NCBI GenBank assembly: GCA_964450405.1
Contig: CAYVCQ010000002.1
Location: 320,417 to 384,416 of the forward strand
DNA length: 64,000 bases
Direction: 5' to 3'
From: an uncultured Leptospirales bacterium
Lineage (GTDB): Bacteria; Spirochaetota; UBA4802; UBA5550
Shown here: positions 9,258 through 19,563 of the stretch, in pieces
Layout: the number at the start of each line of letters is the position of its first letter
Numbering within the stretch: position 1 is the stretch's first letter
Translations under genes and position numbers: made by a program
The notes under the pieces: model-generated
What the model saw: the letters and a program-made list of their open reading frames with translations, nothing else
Told to the model about the DNA's origin: nothing
The model's database searches: none

Positions 9258-9371
9258 GTCATTCCGGTTTTGCGATTTCAGTTTTTGCAAATACCGGAAT
9301 CTCATATAACAGATTTTTAATGCATTATCTGTGAGATTCCGGCATTCCACTATCGCTCCAGCCGGAATGAC
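9258..9371. repeat. Nested inverted-repeat element between ybaB and recR. Outer 10-bp arms GTCATTCCGG/CCGGAATGAC; inner 11-bp arms CCGGAATCTCA/TGAGATTCCGG with a 27-nt loop that itself contains ACAGAT/ATCTGT
   Basis: Read from sequence; CCGGAAT/ATTCCGG motif occurs four times in 115 bp. Confidence 0.5.
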
Positions 9372-9403
9372 GGAGTACTAATCTATTTTTTTAATGCCAA
9401 AAC

Positions 9404-9718
9404 TTACTTAAACATACTGCCGAGATCCATACCGCCTGTTATTGGCTTCATCTCTTCAGCAGTAAAATCTCTGGCTTTATTCACAGCATCATTAACGGCG
9501 GAGTAAACCATCTTCTCAACTTTTTTTACATCACCGGATTTAATAAGATTTTCATCAATTGATATATCCAGCAGACTGAATTCGCCGTTTACCACAGCCT
9601 TAACGCTGCCGTCGGAGCTTTCACCTTCAATTTTTGCCTTTTGTATCTTTTTCTGAATATTTTTCATCTCCCTCTGCATTTTCATCAGCTGTCCGATATC
9701 ACCAAGTCCCTTTAACAT
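9404..9718 (-). CDS. ybaB: Nucleoid-associated protein YbaB/EbfC
   Basis: 104 aa, MLKGLGDIGQLMKMQREMKNIQKKIQ start typical of YbaB; directly downstream of dnaX with 7-nt overlap. Confidence 0.85.
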   Translation of the reverse strand: MLKGLGDIGQLMKMQREMKNIQKKIQKAKIEGESSDGSVKAVVNGEFSLLDISIDENLIKSGDVKKVEKMVYSAVNDAVNKARDFTAEEMKPITGGMDLGSMFK

Positions 9719-11409
9719 ATATCATCTCCTTTCTTTAGTATCTGTCCATGAAACGCGCTTTGCACTTTAGTAACCGCATGACTTTCAATATTATAATCTT
9801 CCTTTTCAGGATTTAAAATCATTTCAGCTTCAGGTATTGGAACAGAGTTTCCCTCATCGTTTTTATCATATTCATCATTATTCTCTTTTTTCTTCTCTTC
9901 AGCTTCTTTTTGAACGGGCTGCAGGGATTTACCATTTTTTACAGTTATGGGTGATCCCATTATAAGAGAAAACTTTTCCCCAATACTCTTTAATGCATCA
10001 GAATCCAGCAGATCTTTGTAACTGGAACTCCCCAGACCGCCAGGATACTGCAATGTGAGCACACCTGAATCAAAAACTGCCTCGAGGGATCTTAAAATAT
10101 AAAATAATTTATCTTTTTTTACTTCGAGATCTTTAAGAAAGCGGTTCCACGATTCATTTATATCAACTGATTTGTTTAATTCTCCAGGTAACTCATGGCG
10201 GATATTTTTTTCATTTTTTTTTTCGTTATTATCTATTGATACGGATTCTGTGTTTAAAACTCCGCTCTCTAGATGCTTTATTATTTCAGCAATAGATGGT
10301 GTTTTTCGTACGGACACCATATCCAGAAGAGTCATTTCGAGATAGACTCTATCGTTTCCGGAAAATCTCAGATTTTTAACAAGATCAGCACCATTAACAA
10401 AAAAACGGCTCAACTCCTCGTCGGTGAATTTAATGGCTGCGTTTCGTAGTGATTTCATCTCCTCTGCAGATAAACCAAGAATTCCCTGTATGTCGACACC
10501 GCTGTTTATAAGGCGGAGAGATCGTATCACTTCAATAAGCCCCGATGAGTATCTTGAGATGTCTATCCCCATTGAAACTATCTTGTCAACCTCGGACATC
10601 AGACCCTTACCGTCTGCGTCAGCTATAAGATTCATTATACGGATATAACTCTCCGTAGGTACCACACCCATAATCGACAGAGCATCCTCTTCCGATATTT
10701 CAGTATCCCCGCCAGTCTCGAGCCCTGAAAATGATATTACCTGCTCCATAAGTGACTGAGCATCTCTCATGGATCCGTCCGCAATGCGCGCAACGGGAAA
10801 GAGCGCGTTTTCCGAGATTTTATATCCCTCCTTGTTTACAATATTCCGGAGATGCTCCACCACCTTATCTACAGGTATTTTTTTAAAAAAATACTTCTGA
10901 CAGCGTGACAGAATTGTTTCCGGGATTTTATGCATTTCAGTTGTGGCAAAAATAAATATTACATGGGGAGGCGGCTCTTCAAGAGTTTTCAATAACGCAT
11001 TGAACGCCTGAGTTGTCACCATATGGACTTCATCTATTATGTATATCTTATATTTTGATTTAGCCGGTGCAAAGTTTACGTTTTCGCGAAGTTCGCGGAT
11101 ATTATCCACACCGTTGTTTGAAGCTCCGTCGATTTCTATTACGTCAAAGGAATTGCCCTGTTTTATTTCTACACAGTTTTCGCATACGCCGCATGGTGTG
11201 GGAGTTGGACCTTGAACACAATTAAGAGCTTTCGCCAATATCCTGGCCATGGTTGTCTTGCCGACACCCCGAGGCCCTGAGAATAGATATGCGTGGGTAA
11301 TTCTCCCCTGAGTTATGCTGTTTTGAATGGTTTTTGAAACATGGTCCTGGAAGACGACATCACCGAAAGTCTGAGGTCTCCACTTTCTGGCTATTACCTG
11401 GTATGACAT
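9712..11409 (-). CDS. dnaX: DNA polymerase III subunit gamma/tau
   Basis: 565 aa; RKWRPQTFGDVVFQDHV...HAYLFSGPRGVGKTT AAA+ clamp-loader N-terminus, zinc-binding CGVCENC. Confidence 0.9.
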   Translation of the reverse strand: MSYQVIARKWRPQTFGDVVFQDHVSKTIQNSITQGRITHAYLFSGPRGVGKTTMARILAKALNCVQGPTPTPCGVCENCVEIKQGNSFDVIEIDGASNNGVDNIRELRENVNFAPAKSKYKIYIIDEVHMVTTQAFNALLKTLEEPPPHVIFIFATTEMHKIPETILSRCQKYFFKKIPVDKVVEHLRNIVNKEGYKISENALFPVARIADGSMRDAQSLMEQVISFSGLETGGDTEISEEDALSIMGVVPTESYIRIMNLIADADGKGLMSEVDKIVSMGIDISRYSSGLIEVIRSLRLINSGVDIQGILGLSAEEMKSLRNAAIKFTDEELSRFFVNGADLVKNLRFSGNDRVYLEMTLLDMVSVRKTPSIAEIIKHLESGVLNTESVSIDNNEKKNEKNIRHELPGELNKSVDINESWNRFLKDLEVKKDKLFYILRSLEAVFDSGVLTLQYPGGLGSSSYKDLLDSDALKSIGEKFSLIMGSPITVKNGKSLQPVQKEAEEKKKENNDEYDKNDEGNSVPIPEAEMILNPEKEDYNIESHAVTKVQSAFHGQILKKGDDIC

Positions 11410-11433
11410 ATTTAACCCGGGGGATATTTTATA

Positions 11434-11518
11434 CGGAAAGGGAGGGATTCGAACCCTCGGTCACTTGCGCAACACACGGCTTCCAACCGTGCTCCTTTGG
11501 CCGCTCGGACACCTTTCC
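11434..11518 (-). tRNA. tRNA-Ser (anticodon GGA)
   Basis: Reverse complement GGAAAGGTGTCCGAGCGGCCAAAGGAGCACGGTTGGAAGCCGTG...GGTTCGAATCCCTCCCTTTCCG. 7-bp acceptor stem, anticodon loop TTGGAAG, long variable arm, GTTCGAATCC T-loop. Confidence 0.85.
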
Positions 11519-11574
11519 ATGAGTATTAGATACCTGATAATTTATACTATGATCTTTGTCAATAAACAAATTAA

Positions 11575-11988
11575 TTATAAAATCTCTGCATCTTTGAAAA
11601 AATAATCTATCTCAAAGGCAGCAGTATCAGGCGAATCAGAGCCGTGAACTACATTGAACTGTATACTTGAAGCAAAATCCGCTCTTATTGTACCCGGATC
11701 CGCCTCCTTAAAATTAGTTGCACCCATAAGCTTTCTGTTCAAGACAATGGCATTTTCTCCTTCAAGAACCATAATTACTACAGGTCCCTGGGACATAAAC
11801 TCTGTAAGTTCTTCAAAGAAGAATTTCCCTTTGTGTACACCGTAAAATCCCTCTGCAACAGCTTTTGACAGATGAACTTTCTTTATTGCCGCAATTCGGA
11901 GACCGGCAGTTTCAAATCTTTTGATTATTTCGCCGATGATATTCTTTTTTACTCCATCCGGTTTAATTATTGATAGTGTTCTTTCCAT
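11575..11988 (-). CDS. ndk: Nucleoside diphosphate kinase
   Basis: [26 protein letters not shown]...NVVHGSDS; chosen internal ATG at 11988 with AAGGAG RBS. The ORF-track extension to 12066 has no RBS and non-Ndk sequence. Confidence 0.9.
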   Translation of the reverse strand: MERTLSIIKPDGVKKNIIGEIIKRFETAGLRIAAIKKVHLSKAVAEGFYGVHKGKFFFEELTEFMSQGPVVIMVLEGENAIVLNRKLMGATNFKEADPGTIRADFASSIQFNVVHGSDSPDTAAFEIDYFFKDAEIL

Positions 11989-12221
11989 TATTATCTCCTT
12001 AGTTATAGAATAATGAGTATGCACACGCTTAACATGCGCTGGAAAACGAGTGAATGGCTTTACCAATATAACTTCTTTTCCAATGGACGCAAAGTGCAGC
12101 CCTGCGAACTCTACCGAAGCGCCCTTCTCGAGAGAGAAAACACATATTACAAAATTTAGAAACTTAAAAATTTTTAAAAAACTATTATGTAATTGTTAAA
12201 TAAAACAAAAAAATAGCAATA

Positions 12222-12260
12222 AAAAAAGGCTGTCTGATTTTCATCAGCAGCCTTTTTTTA
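12222..12260 (-). terminator. Hairpin (AGGCTGTCTGAT...ATCAGCAGCCT) flanked by A- and T-runs downstream of tRNA-Leu
   Basis: Imperfect 11-bp stem bracketed by AAAAAAA and TTTTTTT. Confidence 0.5.
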
Positions 12261-12262
12261 TG

Positions 12263-12345
12263 TGCCCAGAGCGGGACTTGAACCCACACAGGAAAATCCC
12301 ACATGGCCCTCAACCATGCGTGTCTACCAATTCCACCACCTGGGC
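12263..12345 (-). tRNA. tRNA-Leu (anticodon GAG)
   Basis: Reverse complement GCCCAGGTGGTGGAATTGGTAGACACGCATGGTTGAGGGCCATGTGGG...GGTTCAAGTCCCGCTCTGGGCA. Anticodon loop TTGAGGG, long variable arm, 7-bp acceptor stem. Confidence 0.85.
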
Positions 12346-12450
12346 ATTGATACATCAAGGTAGGTATCTAAATATATTAGAGGTCTATAATGTCAACAAA
12401 AAAAGTTAAATATTTTGTAAAAGGACAAGGCAATAGCCACATCCTCATTA

Positions 12451-14820
12451 TCAATACACAATCTTCAGCACTTCATCAAAATAATTTACAAAATGTGCAT
12501 CAAGACCCTTCTTTATATACTCAGGGAGTTCATCAAAATCTTTTTTGTTTTCGTAAGGATATATTATTGTTTTTACCTTCGCTTTTTTAGCTGCGATGGT
12601 TTTCTCTTTCACTCCACCGATTGGAAGCACTTTGCCTGTAACAGTTAATTCTCCCGTCATTGCAATATTCTTCTTAATCGGCATATTTTTAGCAAGAGAA
12701 TAAAGTGAAGTAGCCATGGTAATGCCGGCCGATGGACCATCTTTCGGAGTTGCCCCTGCCGGGACATGAAGGTGAATAAAATGATTATCGAAATATCCAT
12801 CTTCTATGCCGTAATCCTTTGCTCTGGACTGAATAACAGTATATGCGATTTCTGATGACTCCCTCATGACATCTTTAAGCTGTCCGGTCTGTTTAAAGCC
12901 CTTTGTTTTCGAATCAATGGCTGTAGACTCGATATAGAGCGTTGTACCGCCCATACTTGTCCATGCAAGTCCAAGTACAACACCGGCAATGCTCTTATCA
13001 TAAAGTGATTCATCTGTAAATCTCGGCTTCCCGAGGAACTCTTCAAGATTATCTTCTGTTACATTCACCGGATCGGTGTTACCCTCGGCAAATCTCTTTG
13101 TAACTTTTCTCATTACTTTCTTGATATTGTTTTCAAGCGATCTCACGCCGGCTTCTCTTGCATAGCCATCTATCATCTTCTTCAAAGCGCCGTTATCTAT
13201 TTTCGCCATGTTCTTTTTCAGTCCATGTTCCTCAAGCTGCTTGTTTACAAGATACTTTTTAGCAATCTGCATTTTTTCCTCAAGGATATATCCCGAGAGC
13301 TTCATTATCTCCATCCTGTCGAATAACGGTGCCGGGATAGTGTCCATAGTATTTGCCGTTGCTATAAAAAGTATATTCGAGAGATCAAATCTTACATCCA
13401 TATAGTGATCGAGAAAATTATTGTTCTGTTCACTGTCCAGTACTTCAAGAAGTGCTGAAGCCGGGTCACCCTGGAAACTCGCTCCAATCTTGTCGATCTC
13501 ATCGAGCATAATTACAGGATTAGCAACACCTACAGTTTTAAGACTCTGTATGATCTTGCCCGGCATTGCACCGATATATGTACGCCTGTGACCTTTTATC
13601 TCAGCCTCGTCTCTCATTCCTCCAAGTGAGAATCTGAAAAACTTTCTATTCAATGCTTCTGCTACAGATTTACCAATAGATGTTTTACCTACACCGGGAG
13701 GCCCTATAAAACAGATTATTGATCCGGCGATATTACCCTTCATCTTACCCGTGGCGATAAACTCGAGAATCCTCTCCTTGATATCATCAAGTCCGTAATG
13801 ATCTCTGTCAAGGATCGTGCGTGCCTTCCCAATATCATAGTTATCTGTTGAGTAAACTCCCCAGGGGAGAGATGTCAGCCAATCGAGGTAGTTTCTGCTT
13901 ACTCCATACTCCGCGGAGTGAGGTTCGAGGAGACGCATTTTATTCATCTCCTCATCAATTTTCATTGCAGCTTCCTCGGTGAGTTTCAGTTTTTCTATTC
14001 TCTCCTGAAATTTATCTATTTCAGTGGATTTTTCATCCTTCTCAAGACCTAGTTCTTTCTTTATCTCTTTCAGCTGCTCTCTTAGAAAAAATTCCTTCTG
14101 CTGCTTGGAAATTTTTTCTTCTATCTGCTGAGTAATTTTTTTCTGCAGCTTGTTAAGTTCTATTTCTTTTTTAAGCAGTATGAGTACTTTTTTCACCCTC
14201 TGCCGTACATCGAAAGTTTCAAGGATATCCTGAATCTCGCCAGACTCGGCCTGTGTCATTGAAGCAACAAAATCCGAGAGTTTGCCTGGATCTTCGACAC
14301 TGAACCTGTTCAGAAAAAGTTTAAGCTCCTCCTGGAATAGCGAGTTGGTTTTAATTAGATCTTTAACAGAACTGATTATCGCCATGGAGTAAGCCTTCAT
14401 CTCATCAGTGGGTTTAAACTCTGATTCGTAATAATTCTCAACGTGCCATCTGATTATCGGTTCATCCTGTACTACACTCTTCAGCGTAAATCTTCCGATT
14501 GCATTGAGCATTACCTGCACTGTTCTTTCGTCAACCGGAGTAATTTTAATTATTTTCACTGCCACGCCGACGTTATAAAGATCTTTTGAACGCGCCATTC
14601 CGTCGTGCTGATTTTTTATTAGCACAACTCCACCGATCTTATTCGGAGAATCTATGATTTCCTGAGCACTATCAATCATAATATCTCCGGTGAGGATTAG
14701 CGGTATCATCATCCCGGGGAATATCGGACGCTGGGAGATTGGAATGATGGCCATTCTTTCAGGCCGGAAGTCATCTGCCAGTATAAGCTGGCTTGCAATA
14801 TCGTTAATGTCATCTGACAT
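12451..14820 (-). CDS. lon: ATP-dependent Lon protease
   Basis: 789 aa; Lon N-domain, GPPGVGKTS Walker A, DGPSAGITMATSLYS serine-protease motif. Confidence 0.95.
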   Translation of the reverse strand: MSDDINDIASQLILADDFRPERMAIIPISQRPIFPGMMIPLILTGDIMIDSAQEIIDSPNKIGGVVLIKNQHDGMARSKDLYNVGVAVKIIKITPVDERTVQVMLNAIGRFTLKSVVQDEPIIRWHVENYYESEFKPTDEMKAYSMAIISSVKDLIKTNSLFQEELKLFLNRFSVEDPGKLSDFVASMTQAESGEIQDILETFDVRQRVKKVLILLKKEIELNKLQKKITQQIEEKISKQQKEFFLREQLKEIKKELGLEKDEKSTEIDKFQERIEKLKLTEEAAMKIDEEMNKMRLLEPHSAEYGVSRNYLDWLTSLPWGVYSTDNYDIGKARTILDRDHYGLDDIKERILEFIATGKMKGNIAGSIICFIGPPGVGKTSIGKSVAEALNRKFFRFSLGGMRDEAEIKGHRRTYIGAMPGKIIQSLKTVGVANPVIMLDEIDKIGASFQGDPASALLEVLDSEQNNNFLDHYMDVRFDLSNILFIATANTMDTIPAPLFDRMEIMKLSGYILEEKMQIAKKYLVNKQLEEHGLKKNMAKIDNGALKKMIDGYAREAGVRSLENNIKKVMRKVTKRFAEGNTDPVNVTEDNLEEFLGKPRFTDESLYDKSIAGVVLGLAWTSMGGTTLYIESTAIDSKTKGFKQTGQLKDVMRESSEIAYTVIQSRAKDYGIEDGYFDNHFIHLHVPAGATPKDGPSAGITMATSLYSLAKNMPIKKNIAMTGELTVTGKVLPIGGVKEKTIAAKKAKVKTIIYPYENKKDFDELPEYIKKGLDAHFVNYFDEVLKIVY

Positions 14821-14837
14821 AGCAGCACCTCTTAAAT

Positions 14838-15773
14838 CTAATTTTTTAAAGCTAAATCATTTATGCTTTTAATAAATATTTTTTCCAACTGCCACATGCC
14901 GAGTGTAAAAACATATTTACTCTCAGTTGACGATGCGAGATTCATATCTTTATCTTTTTTGCTGTATACAACAAGTTCAGCTTTTTTATCACCATATTCA
15001 ATCATAACCCTGCACAGGGGGTTTCCGGCTTTTTTAGGATCCATGTTCAATGGAAATTCCGCTGCTCTTAGCGGCGAGAATAATCCAAGTATTGAGTTTA
15101 TTGATGAATCACTAAGATTCGTTTTTTCGTATCCCCTGCATTTCCATTTCGATACAGACTTTTTATTTTCATTACTCTTATCAGTTTCATTGTTTAATGG
15201 AACTGAATAAAAGTCAAAGTTTTTTCCTCCGTAATTTATAATGAACGATTTTACTTCGGAATTTTTCACATTAAATATTACTTTATTTCTCAAATCTGCA
15301 GCAGGAATTGTGAAGTCACTCTGCATTATTCCCGAGGCAAGATATATTTCTTTTCTATCATCCACTTTAATATAGCTGTGATTATTCGTTGAACCGGCCT
15401 TGCCAATGATAATTTTCCTCAGCACTTTACCCTTCCCTTTTACAGTGACAGAAATCCCCTTTTCTTCAGTAAGATCATACTTATTATAGTAACCATTTTC
15501 CGAGACTAAATCAAGTAATTTAAAATCTCTTACCTTGCGCTCCATACTTTCAATAAGATCCGCATCACCTGGATAAGCCTCGTCGTTGATAAACCAGCTG
15601 TTTTCCCTTTTCAGCAATTTTAAAAAAACAGTATTGTTCTTAATAATTATTTCATCTGCAGGTTCATACCACCCTTCAAGAACAGGCAGAGAGCTGCAGC
15701 TCCATTTTTTTATCACAAGCACTGTTAAAAGAAAAAGAATAACTCCGATAGTTATTGCAGATCTTTTTTTCAT
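14838..15773 (-). CDS. DUF4340-like exported protein associated with the GldG-type ABC system
   Basis: 311 aa, N-terminal signal/TM MKKRSAITIGVILFLLTVLVI. Position directly downstream of the GldG-like gene, the usual place for DUF4340 partners. Confidence 0.5.
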   Translation of the reverse strand: MKKRSAITIGVILFLLTVLVIKKWSCSSLPVLEGWYEPADEIIIKNNTVFLKLLKRENSWFINDEAYPGDADLIESMERKVRDFKLLDLVSENGYYNKYDLTEEKGISVTVKGKGKVLRKIIIGKAGSTNNHSYIKVDDRKEIYLASGIMQSDFTIPAADLRNKVIFNVKNSEVKSFIINYGGKNFDFYSVPLNNETDKSNENKKSVSKWKCRGYEKTNLSDSSINSILGLFSPLRAAEFPLNMDPKKAGNPLCRVMIEYGDKKAELVVYSKKDKDMNLASSTESKYVFTLGMWQLEKIFIKSINDLALKN

Positions 15774-17917
15774 TTTCTGTCACTCCCGGAAAATTGAATT
15801 TCTATAAGTTTTTTTCGGGCAATTCTTCTTCGCCAGACAATAAGTCCTGTGATAATAACAAAAAACGGAACAAGTCCCACATTAATAATCTTCAATAAAA
15901 AGCGTGTCTGATCGCCTGTTTTTATCAGAGGGTTAAAGTCGAGACTTTTACTCTTCATTTCCGGTACATAACCGTTGCCGGCAAGATAATCAATCATTGA
16001 ATGGAGCAGTATATCATTGGAATAAACCTCTGCGGCATTTCCTCCCGAGAGCACCCTTCTTGATGAATTAAGAAATCCAGATGATGTCAACTCTGAAGTC
16101 CCGACAACAATAAGTTCTGACCTCCCCGATGAAATTGTAGAATCGAGTTTGTGAATTGTACTGAGAAGGTTTTTTTTATCAGCAGATAATATTTCTTTCG
16201 GAATATCTCTCCCCTTGAAAAAACTTTCGAATTTCCCAGACGCAAGAGCCGCTACCGGATAACTTTTCATCTCAATACCCGATGGAGGAGACATGAAGAA
16301 AGGACTGAAATTCATCTTCCCCTCCATGAGCCAGCTCTGCGGTGATGTTGAAACAAGCACAGACAATGCAGTGCCCCGATCCTTAGCCTTTTCATCTAAT
16401 TCGAGAGACGATGCTTTTACAAAAAGAACACTGTTTATATATCTGGTAATAACACTCTCTCTGCTTAATCCTCTTTTTCCTATAAGAGGTACTAGAGGAT
16501 AATCATTGAGCATCTGTCCCATATTTACCTTTGTACAATTCTTATCAAGAACTACATTTTTATTAACCTTGATTCCATAGTGAGCGATCATCTCTTCAAG
16601 ACCGGAAATGACTGGAATAATAAGAGGCTGATTACTCATAATTCCCGGCTGATCGTCGGTATTCATCTCCATAAAAGAATTAACAAAAAGTAGAACCGAC
16701 TTCCCCTCCATGAGAAACTGGTCTATCTTATACTTCTCCGTATTACTGAACGTATCGATGGGACCATTTATAATTATCACTTTTACATCTTCCGGTATAG
16801 CCTCGGACTTAAGATTTATCTCCGCCAGGTTGTAAATATCAGAGAGTATCTCCGCGAAGAGACCGGCACCCTCTGGTGTCTTTTTATCGGCAATATCCGG
16901 TATTCCGTGCCCCCTGACATAACCTATCTTAGGGCTGCTGCTTAGAAGATCTCCCACACCATTGTTTATTGTATCTTCAAGATTCTGTAGTCCTGTAATA
17001 ACGTTTATCCCCATTACCGTGGGAGCCACATCGAGATTTATTTTGGCAAATCTTCCGTTCCCCTCAAGTACAAGGCCGAAGAATCCTTCTCCCGCGGTCA
17101 GCGCTTTACCGGATCTTGATTTCATGGCGCCCCATTTAAGTTTTGAAACTCCATAAAGCCTGTCGAGATCCTTCCCGCCGCTCTTTGATGGTTCTACAAT
17201 CTGAAACTGAATCTTGTCGTAATTTCGTGAATTGCTTTTTGCTACGGCATTTTTCAGATAATCTTCCAGCTTCTGGATTCCATCGATGGGAAGATCCTTT
17301 ACACGCTCATCAAGGTATAGTGTCAGCACCACAGGCTTCTCAAGTTTAAGAAGCCTGTCTATCTTCCCGGTCATCTTCTCGATTCGCGAAGTGATCTCAT
17401 ACTCCAGTCCAACCGGCGAGGTTAAACCCTCAATTTTTTCAATAAGATCTGCATGCTGAATAACAACTCCCATATATACACTTCGCAGCTTGACCTGATC
17501 GTTTTCAAATTCCCGGGTCTGCACAGTGGTGATACCGTAATCTTTAGCCTGCGCTTCCAGTTTGTCTTCATCAATTATTTCATAGGAGAAATTTCTATTT
17601 CCATAATAACTGTACTCCTCCAGAATATCTTTCAGATATCTAAACACCGCTGCGTGCTCTGCCGGAAGATCTTTTGAAAAGAAAACTTTTATCTTAAGCT
17701 TTTCATTCAGCCCGGACACGGTTTCTCTGCTGCGTTCCGAAAGAGAATATGTATTATTAGATGTAAGGTCTATCCTCATACTGAACGCAGCTGCAGTGAG
17801 GTTTATAACAATTATAAGAATGACATTAAGGATTAGCTGAAAGTTTCTGCTCTTCATATTCATAAAGTTAATTGAACTCATTAAATATGTTTTTATTGCT
17901 GAGAATTTTTCTTTCAT
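15770..17917 (-). CDS. GldG-family ABC-transporter auxiliary component
   Basis: 715 aa, N- and C-terminal TM segments with large periplasmic region, downstream of ABC-2 permease and ATPase (GldA/GldF/GldG-type arrangement). Confidence 0.65.
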   Translation of the reverse strand: MKEKFSAIKTYLMSSINFMNMKSRNFQLILNVILIIVINLTAAAFSMRIDLTSNNTYSLSERSRETVSGLNEKLKIKVFFSKDLPAEHAAVFRYLKDILEEYSYYGNRNFSYEIIDEDKLEAQAKDYGITTVQTREFENDQVKLRSVYMGVVIQHADLIEKIEGLTSPVGLEYEITSRIEKMTGKIDRLLKLEKPVVLTLYLDERVKDLPIDGIQKLEDYLKNAVAKSNSRNYDKIQFQIVEPSKSGGKDLDRLYGVSKLKWGAMKSRSGKALTAGEGFFGLVLEGNGRFAKINLDVAPTVMGINVITGLQNLEDTINNGVGDLLSSSPKIGYVRGHGIPDIADKKTPEGAGLFAEILSDIYNLAEINLKSEAIPEDVKVIIINGPIDTFSNTEKYKIDQFLMEGKSVLLFVNSFMEMNTDDQPGIMSNQPLIIPVISGLEEMIAHYGIKVNKNVVLDKNCTKVNMGQMLNDYPLVPLIGKRGLSRESVITRYINSVLFVKASSLELDEKAKDRGTALSVLVSTSPQSWLMEGKMNFSPFFMSPPSGIEMKSYPVAALASGKFESFFKGRDIPKEILSADKKNLLSTIHKLDSTISSGRSELIVVGTSELTSSGFLNSSRRVLSGGNAAEVYSNDILLHSMIDYLAGNGYVPEMKSKSLDFNPLIKTGDQTRFLLKIINVGLVPFFVIITGLIVWRRRIARKKLIEIQFSGSDRK

Positions 17918-17921
17918 AACT

Positions 17922-18644
17922 CTACCTCCTCTCCTCTATCACTTTAATTGTAAACATAAGTGATAGAATACATATTGAGATGAAATAGATAACGTCTCTG
18001 GAATCAATAAGGCCCTTTGCAATATTCTGAAAGTGAAAATCTGTACCGAAGTACGATAGAAACGCGAGTTTCGAAGGGAGAAAAACAACTGCCTTATCGA
18101 TGAGCCAGAGTGAAAAACAGCCCGTCCATGCAGATATAAAGGAGATAATCTGATTCCTCGTGAATGACGAAGCAAGAAGTCCAATCGATGTATACGCAGC
18201 AGAAAGAAGTATTACTCCGATGTATCCTCCAAAAATCGGTCCGAAGTCCGGAGATCCCAGCAGAACCAGCGTAACAAGATATATTAATGTCGGAGAAACC
18301 ATCACAACTGAGAAAATTGTTCCGGCAAAAAACTTCCCAAGAACTATATCCCGTGTAGAGACAGGAAGAGTCATTAAAATTTCAAATGACCCGCTATGTC
18401 TCTCTTCAGCAAGAAGCTTCATTGTTACAGCCGGTATAACAAAACAGAGCATCAGCGGCATGAACTCGAAGAGAGTCCTCATCTCCGCCTGGTTGAATCT
18501 GAATACATTAAATATGTGAAAGAAGAATACCCCTGTAAATCCGGTAAAAACTGTTATTACTATATATGCGATTGGACTATTAAAGTAGCCCTTCAACTCT
18601 TTTTTCATTACTGCCGAGAGTTCATTGTACCGTTCCATGCGCAA
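17922..18644 (-). CDS. ABC-2 family transporter permease
   Basis: 240 aa, six predicted TM helices; sits between the ATPase and the GldG-like gene. Confidence 0.7.
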   Translation of the reverse strand: MRMERYNELSAVMKKELKGYFNSPIAYIVITVFTGFTGVFFFHIFNVFRFNQAEMRTLFEFMPLMLCFVIPAVTMKLLAEERHSGSFEILMTLPVSTRDIVLGKFFAGTIFSVVMVSPTLIYLVTLVLLGSPDFGPIFGGYIGVILLSAAYTSIGLLASSFTRNQIISFISAWTGCFSLWLIDKAVVFLPSKLAFLSYFGTDFHFQNIAKGLIDSRDVIYFISICILSLMFTIKVIEERR

Positions 18645-19563
18645 CCCCCATTGTAACTTCTCTGAATATATTCTCCAGACTCATCTGTTCCTGCTTCATT
18701 TCATACAGCACCCAGTTCCGGCCGCTGATGATTCTGAATATTTCAGGCCGTACCTCGGCGTTTCCTGAAACAGAAATCACTGCTGCGGTAAAATCAGGAT
18801 CATCTGTAATTTCAACACTTTTTACTCCGGCAATTTCTGTTATTGCGGATTTCAAAGTCTCAAAATCTGTTCCCATAATCCGGATGATGAGTTTTTTATC
18901 ACTATGCGCCGAAGATTGAAGAAGTTCTGTTCTGTCATCTGCTACAATTCGTCCCCTGTTTATAATAATTACTCTGTCGCATGTAGCCTCAACCTCTGAG
19001 AGTATATGTGTTGAAAGAATTACTGTTTTCTTTTTTCCAAGTTCTTTAATCAGATTTCTGATCTCTACTATCTCGATTGGATCGAGTCCCGATGTGGGTT
19101 CATCTAGTATTAAAATCTGCGGATCATGTATCATCGCATGGGCAAGTCCAACTCTCTGCCTGTATCCTTTTGAAAGTTCATTTATATTTTTGTGCATAAC
19201 TTCCCTGATTCTGCAGATTTCGGCGACTTCACTGACACGTTCCACTCCGGGGATTCCTCTCACCTCGGCAATATACAGAAGATAATCGAACACCAGCATG
19301 TCTCCATAAAGCGGAGCAGACTCCGGGAGATATCCTATCATCTTTTTAATCTTCAGCGGATCATCAGCAGCGTTTATTCCGTCAACAATTATCGAACCAT
19401 TATCTGCACCGAGGAAGCAGCTCAGCATTCGGAGAGTAGTAGTCTTCCCCGCTCCATTGGGACCCAGCAGACCTGTTATCTCTCCATCTCTGACGGTAAA
19501 AGAAATATCATCTACGGCTTTAAAATCCCCGTAGGATTTCGTAAGTCCTGTAACACTAATCAT
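18622..19563 (-). CDS. ABC transporter ATP-binding protein
   Basis: GPNGAGKTT Walker A, LSKGYRQRVGLA signature, ILILDEPTSGLD Walker B. Start moved to internal ATG (MISVTGLTKSYG) with AGGAGG RBS. Confidence 0.85.
   Translation of the reverse strand: MISVTGLTKSYGDFKAVDDISFTVRDGEITGLLGPNGAGKTTTLRMLSCFLGADNGSIIVDGINAADDPLKIKKMIGYLPESAPLYGDMLVFDYLLYIAEVRGIPGVERVSEVAEICRIREVMHKNINELSKGYRQRVGLAHAMIHDPQILILDEPTSGLDPIEIVEIRNLIKELGKKKTVILSTHILSEVEATCDRVIIINRGRIVADDRTELLQSSAHSDKKLIIRIMGTDFETLKSAITEIAGVKSVEITDDPDFTAAVISVSGNAEVRPEIFRIISGRNWVLYEMKQEQMSLENIFREVTMGVAHGTVQ

Noticed and set aside
9200-9403. SRP RNA (ffs) next to dnaX/ybaB
   Set aside because: No GGAAGCAGC-type domain IV motif or SRP helix pattern on either strand; the structure is a simple nested palindrome.
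11989-12066. N-terminal extension of ndk given by the ORF track
   Set aside because: The extension lacks an RBS and Ndk homology; the internal ATG at 11988 has an AAGGAG RBS and starts the conserved [12 protein letters not shown] sequence.
11434-12345. Integrated mobile element at the tRNA-Ser/tRNA-Leu genes
   Set aside because: No integrase, recombinase or direct repeat of the tRNA 3' end is visible; neighbouring genes are core housekeeping (ndk, lon, dnaX).
12864-13405. Antisense ORFs within lon and other long genes
   Set aside because: They are fully embedded in well-supported genes on the opposite strand; considered frame artefacts.
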